Positions 49,978 to 57,661 of a DNA stretch of 64,000 bases are shown in pieces. The DNA comes from Acidobacteriota bacterium (GTDB taxonomy: Bacteria > Acidobacteriota > UBA890 > WLXD01), in NCBI GenBank assembly GCA_965205505.1, contig CBDBHB010000007.1, positions 256,001-320,000 of the forward strand, in the 5' to 3' direction. Numbering within the stretch: the first letter of the stretch is position 1; each line of letters starts with the position of its first letter. Made by a program: the position numbers and the translations under genes. Below the pieces are notes generated by a model. That model ran no database searches. It had not been told where the DNA came from and saw only the letters and a program-made list of their open reading frames with translations.

Positions 49978-51117
49978 CTACAAGCGCTTTTGGTACAGTC
50001 GATAGGTCTTGGAATGCTGGCCGCCGACCAGCCGGATCGCCTTGTTGATGCCGTCGTTGTCTTCCAGGGTCCACCCGCACTCCCCGCCGACCCAGCCAAG
50101 CCTCTCGACGACGCGGATCGAGTGCGCGATCAGGGCGAGCTCGAGGCCCTTTTGGCGATGTTCGGCCACCACTCCCAGAAGCATCAGCCGGCATCGGTCG
50201 ATGATGCTGCTCTTGCGCAGCAGGTGCAAGAAACCGAACGGAAACAGGCGGCCGCGCATGCGCTTGAATACCTGGTTTATGTCCGGAACCGTGAGGCAAA
50301 ACGCGATCGGCTCACCCTCGAGCTCCATGATGAGCGCCAGCTCGAAGTTGAGGATCATCTTCATGTCCTTGGCGGTATGCAGAAACTCCTCCTCGGTGGG
50401 CGCCACGAAACCCCAGTTGTCCACCCAGGCGTCGGAGAAGATACGCAGTATGGTCAGCGCGTCCTTCTCGAAATTCCGCTTGCTCAACTGGCGGATCGTC
50501 GGCTTGGGGTCGAGGCGAGTCTCGATGCGCCGCAGGATCCGCTGGGCGCGCCGGTTGACGCTGGTGTCCATATCGAACCACCAGGTCCAAAGATCCTTCG
50601 CTTTTTCGTAGCCGGCCGCCTCCACCCAACCTGGATAGGTCGCCGGGTTGTGGGTCGTCTGAATGAGCGGATCGAGATCGAAAGGTCCGACTAGCATGCC
50701 CGCCGTATCGTTCAACGAAGGGTTGGCGGGACCACGCAGAGCATCACGACCGCGCTTTCGAGCCCACTCCTCGGCGGCCTCTAGGAGTACACCGGCCACC
50801 TCGGCGTCTTCGGCCTCGAAGAAGCCGAAGAAGCCCAGGTTGTCACCATGCGTCTCGTTGTGCCGGTCGTCGTCGATAGCGGCGATCCGTCCCACCAGCT
50901 TGCCGCCCCGCCACGCCAGATAAAGCTCGATCTCGGCGTGCTGGAAGAACGGGTTCTTGGCGGTATCGAGCAGCTCTCGCTCGGCGAGGATCAGTGGCGG
51001 AACCCAGTTCGGGTCGTCGGCGTACAGGCGGAACGGCAGCTTGATGAACACGTCGCGCTCACGCTTGCTCGTCGCCCGACGAATCGATACCCCGGGTACG
51101 CAAACGGCCTCGGTCAT
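49978..51117 (-). CDS. GNAT-fold acyltransferase (bacterial ceramide synthase bCerS-like)
   Basis: FIKLPFRLYADDPNWVPPL, GRIAAI, GFFGFFE, RGPANPSLND, NWGF, WTLEDN. Confidence 0.8.
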   Translation of the reverse strand: MTEAVCVPGVSIRRATSKRERDVFIKLPFRLYADDPNWVPPLILAERELLDTAKNPFFQHAEIELYLAWRGGKLVGRIAAIDDDRHNETHGDNLGFFGFFEAEDAEVAGVLLEAAEEWARKRGRDALRGPANPSLNDTAGMLVGPFDLDPLIQTTHNPATYPGWVEAAGYEKAKDLWTWWFDMDTSVNRRAQRILRRIETRLDPKPTIRQLSKRNFEKDALTILRIFSDAWVDNWGFVAPTEEEFLHTAKDMKMILNFELALIMELEGEPIAFCLTVPDINQVFKRMRGRLFPFGFLHLLRKSSIIDRCRLMLLGVVAEHRQKGLELALIAHSIRVVERLGWVGGECGWTLEDNDGINKAIRLVGGQHSKTYRLYQKRL

Positions 51118-51177
51118 GCGTAGGTCGAGCCTATCAGGCCGTGGTGGAAGTGTGGCGGGCCTGGTTACGGCGAGTTG

Positions 51178-52410
51178 CTAGGCAGCCGTACTGATCACGC
51201 CGTGCCGGCGACCGGCGTCGGCGAAGGCGCTCAGCACGCGCTCGATCTCCTCGCGCTTGTGGCTAGCGTTGACCGCCATTCGGATGAGCGCCTCGCCCTC
51301 AGGGACGGCAGGCGGCAACGCCGGCAAAGCGAAGATCCCAGCGTCCCAGACGTCTTTCCACATCGCCATGGCCAGATCGACATCGCCGATCGACACGGGC
51401 ACGATCGGGCCTTCGGAGCCCAAGGTATTGAACCCCAGCCCGCGCAGCCCCTTACGGAACATCATGACGCGCTTCCACAGCCGCTCGCGATGCTCCGGCT
51501 CGCTGGCCAGAATCTCCAGTGCCTTGTGGGTGGTCGCCACTTGGGCCGGAGGCAAAGCTGCGGTGAATACGAACGGCCGCGCCAGGCACTTGATGTAGTC
51601 GACGATCTGGGCGTTGCCGCCGACGAAGCCGCCCACCGAAGCGAACGCTTTCGAGAAAGTGCCGATGACCAGGTCGACCTCGTCCTCGAGGCCGAAGTGG
51701 TTCGCCGTGCCCCGACCATTAGGACCCAGGACACCGGTCGAGTGCGCATCGTCAACGAGAACTCGAGCACCGTAGCGGCGGGCCAGCGCGACGACGCCGG
51801 GCAGATCGGCGATCTCGCCGCTCATCGAGAACACACCGTCCGTGACGATGAGCTTTCCGGCATCGCGATTGGCATCGCGCTTCAGTAGCGACTCCAGATG
51901 ATCCATGTCGCCGTGACGATACTTACGCAGCTCGCCGTAGGAGAGCCGCGCTCCGTCATACAGGCTGGCGTGGTTCTCGCGGTCGAAGTACATGATGTCG
52001 CGACGGCCGACGACAGCGGCCAGAACGCCGAGCGAGCCCAGGAACCCGGTGCTGAATGTCAGCACCGACTCCTTCTTCAGAAACTCCGCCAGGTCTCGCT
52101 CTAAGTTCTCGTGGATGCCCAGCGTGCCGTTGAGGAAGCGTGAGCCCGTGCAGCTCGTTCCGAACTCGCGCAACGCCGGCAAGCCGGCGCTCTGCACGCG
52201 CTCGTCCTGGCTGAGGCCGAGGTAGTCGTTGGAGCAGACCATGATCATCGGCTTGCCGTCGACCGTAACTTCGTTGCCATTCTGGGCCCGAAGCGCCTTG
52301 AAGTACGGGAAGAGCCCCATCTCGCGCAGCTCGTTGGCGCGCGCGTAGTACTTGGAGCTTGTCTTGTCGAAGATGTCCACCTTCATGGCGGTGATTTCGG
52401 CTTGAGCCAT
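51178..52410 (-). CDS. spt: PLP alpha-oxoamine synthase, probable serine palmitoyltransferase
   Basis: GLFPYF, SNDYLGL, GTSCTGSRFLNGT, DDAH, GTFSK; adjacent to bCerS/CerR-like genes. Confidence 0.75.
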   Translation of the reverse strand: MAQAEITAMKVDIFDKTSSKYYARANELREMGLFPYFKALRAQNGNEVTVDGKPMIMVCSNDYLGLSQDERVQSAGLPALREFGTSCTGSRFLNGTLGIHENLERDLAEFLKKESVLTFSTGFLGSLGVLAAVVGRRDIMYFDRENHASLYDGARLSYGELRKYRHGDMDHLESLLKRDANRDAGKLIVTDGVFSMSGEIADLPGVVALARRYGARVLVDDAHSTGVLGPNGRGTANHFGLEDEVDLVIGTFSKAFASVGGFVGGNAQIVDYIKCLARPFVFTAALPPAQVATTHKALEILASEPEHRERLWKRVMMFRKGLRGLGFNTLGSEGPIVPVSIGDVDLAMAMWKDVWDAGIFALPALPPAVPEGEALIRMAVNASHKREEIERVLSAFADAGRRHGVISTAA

Positions 52411-52525
52411 TTCAGTCTCGCTCGCTCGAGGAGAGCGTCGACAGCCGGGGCAAAACGCGCTTCGCGCCGGGCATGCCTTCAGATCCTGGCCTGGTAGACA
52501 ACGTCGGGGTGGCGGGAACGCGGAA

Positions 52526-53140
52526 TCAGGAGTCCGTGTGGTACTCCTCGATCCGGTCCCGCAGCCGCCGAATAACGTCGTCGACGGTTTCGGTCTTCAG
52601 CAGGCGGATAAAGCGGCGGTTCCAACTACGAGCGGTGTCAACGTCGTCGACGACGTAGTTGACGATCAGCCACCGGTCGTCGCGCAGCATGAGCTCGTAG
52701 TCGAGGGCAATGTCTTCGCCCTCGAAGTAGGCCAGGGTGTTGACCACCGCTTGCTCGCCGTCGATCTCCTCGTTCAGGTAGTCGAAGCGGTCCGCTCGGT
52801 AGCGGCCCACCCCCTTTATGGAACGAATGCGTAGCAAATCACCGAAGACGGTCTTCCACTCACCGCACTTCTCGCCGCTCAGCTCGTGCTCTGCACAGAT
52901 CTGATCGATCGCGCCGGTCGACATCGTTACGAAGTCGGTGACGTCGTTCATGATCTGGTAGACACGTGCCTCCCCCTCGGCATCGAGAGGGTCATGCTCG
53001 TCGAGAATGGCGGAAATCGCCTCGTTCGACGCGCGGACCGTCTCCATCGGGGTCGTGATGTTCTCCGCGGCCTGGCCAACCGCTATCACGCCCAGAAAGA
53101 GCACCGACGCCACGAGGCTAGTCGAGGACGACTTGGCCAT
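52526..53140 (-). CDS. MlaC/Ttg2D-like periplasmic lipid shuttle
   Basis: Signal peptide; TDFVTMS, LDYEL...WLIVNYVVDDV...RRF; size typical of the family. Confidence 0.75.
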   Translation of the reverse strand: MAKSSSTSLVASVLFLGVIAVGQAAENITTPMETVRASNEAISAILDEHDPLDAEGEARVYQIMNDVTDFVTMSTGAIDQICAEHELSGEKCGEWKTVFGDLLRIRSIKGVGRYRADRFDYLNEEIDGEQAVVNTLAYFEGEDIALDYELMLRDDRWLIVNYVVDDVDTARSWNRRFIRLLKTETVDDVIRRLRDRIEEYHTDS

Positions 53141-54542
53141 CAGCAATCCACTGTAGGTATGAAGAAAGGTCCCCGATAACAAAGGCCAACTCGGCCAAGG
53201 AGACCATCAACTCATATTCTCTCTTAACGACTTCCTGCTGTAAACGATAGTCTGCGCGGTATGCCTTGATGAGGGGCTGCGCCTCACCGATCCCCAGATC
53301 GAAGTCGTCGCCCGCAGACCGTAGCCAGCGACGCGTTTCCCGCCGCGTCTCACGGGCCGCGTCATGCAAAACAACGTTCTTCAGCACGGCTTCGAGGGCA
53401 CGCGCGACGTCGAGCTCGACACTCATTCGCAACGCTTGTCGGCGCGCCAGCGTGGCGTCGCGCTCGATTCTCCGACGGGCAACATCCAGGCTGTGGCGGG
53501 CAAAGTTCAGGTCCCAGCGCACATTCACCGCAGCTCCGACGCGTGTGAAGTTGAACTCGTCGTAGGCAAACGGATTTTTCTGATCGTCGCGCGCCGACGA
53601 GCGCGCGTAGCCGAACCCGCCACCGATCAGGATGAACGGCCAGCGATTGCTCTGGCTCAGCCCAATGGCCTCGTCGAGCGCGCCGGCGGTAGCGGCAAGG
53701 GCGCGGAGCTGCGGATTACGCTCCATGGCCGCCGCCTGCAGGGCCGGCAGCGCGGCGCGGGCAAGAGCCACCTGCGGCATCCCATCGTCCCTGAGCTCAA
53801 AGGCATTGCTGCTGTCAAAGCCCATCAGCTTGCCGAGCGCCTCGCGCAGCAGCCGCTCGGTCTGACTTGCCTCCAGGTAGACCGCTTCGACGTCGTACTT
53901 GCCGGCGCGGATTTCCCAGACATCGTTGGGGTCGATATCGCCTGTGTCGAGCTTTTGGTCGGCCTGCTCGACAAGCTCGTCGTAGGAACTGCGCATGTCG
54001 TCCGCGATACCGAAGGCGCGGCCGGCTGACAGCGCCCCCCAATAGGTTCGGATGACCTCCCTCGACAGCTCGTCGCGGGCCCGCTGGCTCTCCGATGCCT
54101 TGGCCTCCACCACTCCACGCGCTGCCGCCGTTCCATGTCGCTGTCGCCCGAATCCGTACACCGGAATGGCAAACCCGATCTGGCCTCTGAAGAACGGGCC
54201 GAGGTCGTTCAGGTCGCTGGATGTATCGGGGGAATTGAAGATGTCGCCGCGCGCACCGGGAACCACACCCGAGTAGCTGTCCAGCTGTACTTCCGGCAGC
54301 GACCAGAAGCTCTGCCATTGGTCGAGGTCAACTTCGGCGCGAGCCACGTCCAGTCGGTAAGCTCGCATCAGCGGGTTGGAGTCCACCACCCTCGCCAGCA
54401 CGGCAGCAAGACCGAGACGCACGGTGGTACCCGCGGCTGGCTGCGTCTCCTGTCCGCTGGCGGTCGCAGCCCCCAGCAGCGTGGTCACCAACAACAGGCT
54501 GGCGGCCGGGGACAGCTGGCGCCCGTGGGGCTCGGCGCGCAT
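53118..54542 (-). CDS. TolC family outer-membrane protein
   Basis: Signal peptide, NPxL helical repeats, two OEP-like halves. Confidence 0.75.
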   Translation of the reverse strand: MRAEPHGRQLSPAASLLLVTTLLGAATASGQETQPAAGTTVRLGLAAVLARVVDSNPLMRAYRLDVARAEVDLDQWQSFWSLPEVQLDSYSGVVPGARGDIFNSPDTSSDLNDLGPFFRGQIGFAIPVYGFGRQRHGTAAARGVVEAKASESQRARDELSREVIRTYWGALSAGRAFGIADDMRSSYDELVEQADQKLDTGDIDPNDVWEIRAGKYDVEAVYLEASQTERLLREALGKLMGFDSSNAFELRDDGMPQVALARAALPALQAAAMERNPQLRALAATAGALDEAIGLSQSNRWPFILIGGGFGYARSSARDDQKNPFAYDEFNFTRVGAAVNVRWDLNFARHSLDVARRRIERDATLARRQALRMSVELDVARALEAVLKNVVLHDAARETRRETRRWLRSAGDDFDLGIGEAQPLIKAYRADYRLQQEVVKREYELMVSLAELAFVIGDLSSYLQWIADGQVVLD

Positions 54543-54828
54543 GGAGTCTCCTGTACGGATCTGGCTAGAGGATCAGTTCATGGTTAAGCGTAGCATCGCG
54601 CCGCGCAGCAGCAGAGTTCGGCAGCTTCGGCAGCTTGCCACCTCGCGTGTGCCACACGCCGTGGCACGAGCCGGGGCTTGACGCATGCGAACCCTTCCTA
54701 GAGCCTTGAAAGATGAGCCGCGCATTTCCGGCGCGATCGACCCCCGTCACGGCCGTTAGCGGGCATCGCCTGTCTGCCGCTTGCGCTGTCGGCTGGTCGT
54801 ACGACAAGCCTGCCCAACCCATGCGCCC

Positions 54829-57270
54829 GTGACCGACAAGCTGCAAATCCAGCGTCGCACCGCTCGCGAGAGCACGATCTTCTACCGGGGGATCATCGCG
54901 GTCTGCCGCTGGTCGCATCGGTTGGCTTTCCTGTGGGTCGGGCTGACCGTGCTGCTCACTGTTCCGGCGTTCATGCGCGCGCGCACTCTCGGCCTCGACT
55001 CCGACCTGACGCGGCTCCTGCCACAGGACAGCCCGGCGGTGCAGTGGAGTCGTGACTTGGAGCCACTGGTCGGCGACGGCGGGTACTTCAGCCTCATCTT
55101 CGAGCACGGCGACCCCGAATCGCTACAAACGGCAGTCGATCAAACGGTGGCGCGATTGCAATTGCTCGAAGAGATCACCGATATCAACCACCGCTATCCG
55201 ACCGAGTTTGTCGAGCGCTACCGCTATGGGCTCGTGCCTTCCGATCAGCTCGAGACGGCCATCGAGACGATCGAGGACTGGGAAGCAGAGGTAAACCCGT
55301 TCCTCGACGATCTCGACGATTCGGCAAGCGAGGAGGAATCCGACCTCGAGCGCATCGTGCGGCTGTACAGCGAGCTGCCCGAGTACCACCGTGACGCCGA
55401 CGACACGATGTACGGAGTGATCCTGAGGACCAGCGAAGGTCTGACCGACCTGACGGGGTTGCGAAACCTTTACCAGCGCATAGATGGAATCGCCGGCGAG
55501 GCGGCGGAGGCCGCTGGGGTGGTCGTCTCCATCGGCGGCTCGCTGCGCACGCGGGTGGAGGAGTTCGACGTCATCATTTCCGACGTCACCCGAACTGGCG
55601 CGGTAGCGGCAGCGGCTATTCTGTTGATGCTGGCGATCAGCTTCCGGTCGGTGCGCGTGCTGCCGGTGCTGCTGTATCCGATCGCGGCCGGCTTGATATG
55701 GGCGTTCGCCTTCGTGCCCGATCTGGTCGGCGATCTCAACACCATCACCTCGTTCCTGCTGATGGTGTTGTTCGGCATGGGGGTCGACTATTCCATTCAC
55801 CTGGTGAAGCGCTTCCGACACGAAATCCTCAGCCAGACACCCGAGGTCGCGCTCGCCGAGACATTCACCTCTACCGGACGCTCGGTCTTCACCTCGGGGC
55901 TTACGACGTCGTTCGGGCTGTTCATCCTGGCGGTATCGGACTTCCGAGGCTTCTCGGACTTCGGGCTGATCGGCGGTACGGCGATCCTGGTGGTGACCGC
56001 GTGCATGCTGTTGGTCATGCCGGCAACGTTGAGCGCCGGTCATCGACTCGGGCTGGTTACGCCGAGCGCCCCCCGCTATCCGAGTGCTCGGCTCGCAATC
56101 CCTCCAAGCTGGTCGGCAGCTTTGCTGAGCACGCTGGTGATCGTCTCGGCCTATGCCTCGGCGTTCCTGCTCGAGTTCGACTACGACTTCGCCAACTTCA
56201 GCGCCAACCTCGAGGAGCTCGACGCGATCCGCGACAAACAGGAAGAGGTGTACCCGATCTTCTTCGGGCCCTCGGCGATCTACGTCGCACAGGACCTCGA
56301 GGCGCTCGACGAGATGCTGGCGTTGATCGCCAGCGCCGCGGCGGAACCGGGGTCGGTGATCGGGCGAGTCGCGAGCGTGCGTGACTTCGCCCCCGATGAG
56401 GCCGAGGTGCAGTTGCGACGCGACTCCTTGGAGCTGATCCAGGAGATGCTCGCTCGGCGATGGGTACGCCGCGTCGAGGACCCGGAACGCATCCGTGTCA
56501 TCGAGGATGTGCTCGGCTTCGAGATGCCAGACCGCTTGCCGCAGGTCGACGACCTGCCGGACTCGGTGCTGCAAGACATGGTCACGCTGGACGGCTCCGG
56601 CGCCTACATCCTGGGACTGCACGCCACCGGTCCGGGTAAGGACGGCATCATCACAATGCGTTTCACGCGCGAGCTCTACGACCTGGAGATGCCCGACGGC
56701 ATCCTCGGTCCGACGGGCGACAAGCCGGTACTGGCTGAGATTCTCTGGCTGGTTACGCGCGAGGGACCTCTCATCGTCGTCCTGACGTTCCTCGGGGTGT
56801 TCATTCTGGTGGTCATCGACCGTCGCGACGTGAACCAGGCGGCCTGGGTGCTGGTACCACTGGTGGCCAGCCTGCTTTTGACCTTCGGCGCCGTGATCGC
56901 TCTCGGATGGCGGGTGAACTTCTTCAATATGGTCGTGCTGCCAACGCTGCTCGGTCTCGGAGTGGATCACGGAGTGCACTACTACCGCCGCTGGCGAGAG
57001 CTCGAAGGCGATACGGCCGCAACTCAACTGGAGCTCTTCGAGCCGATCACCGTAGCAACGTTGACGACAATCATGGGGTACGCCGGGATGGCTTTCGCAC
57101 ATCATCCCGGGTTGCGCTCGATCGGCCTGCTGGCGGTCGTCGGGTTGCTGTGCACCTGGTTAACAGCTGTGGTGTTGCTGCCCGGCTTGCTCGTCTGGCA
57201 TCGCGACATAAGCAACGGCACCAAAGGCGAGGGGGCCCTCGCCGACGCCGACGTGCCTCTCGACGCCTAG
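54829..57270 (+). CDS. MMPL/RND family lipid transporter
   Basis: Two halves with GMGVDYSIHL and GLGVDHGVH; start approximate; its TAG lies in the mini-MITE. Confidence 0.87.
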   Translation: MTDKLQIQRRTARESTIFYRGIIAVCRWSHRLAFLWVGLTVLLTVPAFMRARTLGLDSDLTRLLPQDSPAVQWSRDLEPLVGDGGYFSLIFEHGDPESLQTAVDQTVARLQLLEEITDINHRYPTEFVERYRYGLVPSDQLETAIETIEDWEAEVNPFLDDLDDSASEEESDLERIVRLYSELPEYHRDADDTMYGVILRTSEGLTDLTGLRNLYQRIDGIAGEAAEAAGVVVSIGGSLRTRVEEFDVIISDVTRTGAVAAAAILLMLAISFRSVRVLPVLLYPIAAGLIWAFAFVPDLVGDLNTITSFLLMVLFGMGVDYSIHLVKRFRHEILSQTPEVALAETFTSTGRSVFTSGLTTSFGLFILAVSDFRGFSDFGLIGGTAILVVTACMLLVMPATLSAGHRLGLVTPSAPRYPSARLAIPPSWSAALLSTLVIVSAYASAFLLEFDYDFANFSANLEELDAIRDKQEEVYPIFFGPSAIYVAQDLEALDEMLALIASAAAEPGSVIGRVASVRDFAPDEAEVQLRRDSLELIQEMLARRWVRRVEDPERIRVIEDVLGFEMPDRLPQVDDLPDSVLQDMVTLDGSGAYILGLHATGPGKDGIITMRFTRELYDLEMPDGILGPTGDKPVLAEILWLVTREGPLIVVLTFLGVFILVVIDRRDVNQAAWVLVPLVASLLLTFGAVIALGWRVNFFNMVVLPTLLGLGVDHGVHYYRRWRELEGDTAATQLELFEPITVATLTTIMGYAGMAFAHHPGLRSIGLLAVVGLLCTWLTAVVLLPGLLVWHRDISNGTKGEGALADADVPLDA

Positions 57271-57312
57271 TGCTCCTGATCATAAGTACGGTGACGTTTG
57301 CAGGAGCACTAG
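57267..57312. repeat. 46-bp collapsed MITE derivative
   Basis: CTAGTGCTCCTGATCATAAGTACGGTGACGTTTGCAGGAGCACTAG equals the two ends of 63430-63708 joined at CAGGAGC. Confidence 0.85.
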
Positions 57313-57436
57313 TGGGTGGAAGTGTGGCGGGCCGGGTTGGGGCCAGTTGGAAGGCAGCCTGACGCTGGTGGCGTGTCGAATGCCGCTTGCTCGATTGCGG
57401 GCGATACCCCCGCCGCTTACCATCTCGTTTCCAGGT

Positions 57437-57511
57437 TGGGGCGTCGTCCAATTGGCAAGACATACGGCTCTGGACCGTAGAATCGGGGTTCGAGTCCCTG
57501 CGCCCCAACCA
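57437..57511 (+). tRNA. tRNA-Gln (anticodon CTG)
   Basis: Acceptor TGGGGCG/CGCCCCA, anticodon stem TACGG/CCGTA with loop CT-CTG-GA, GGTTCGAGTCC T-arm, encoded CCA. Confidence 0.95.
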
Positions 57512-57661
57512 CTTCACCCTCGGTCGAACTTAACTCCTACTGCAGCGCGACGGGCCGCACGGACGCGCTTGGCGGCACCGCCTCCGGCTGCCTGAGCGCG
57601 ACCGAATCCGCTTGCCGAGCTTCGGCGGCTCCCTTCGAACTGTTCCGCTGTTGAGTACGAA

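Noticed and set aside
55123-57105. Long antisense ORFs (also 40295-41704, 38827-39939, 6284-7255)
   Set aside because: Shadow frames typical of high-GC coding DNA opposite well-supported genes.
57437-57511. tRNA-Gln as an island attachment site
   Set aside because: No duplicated tRNA 3' end seen and no intact integrase nearby.
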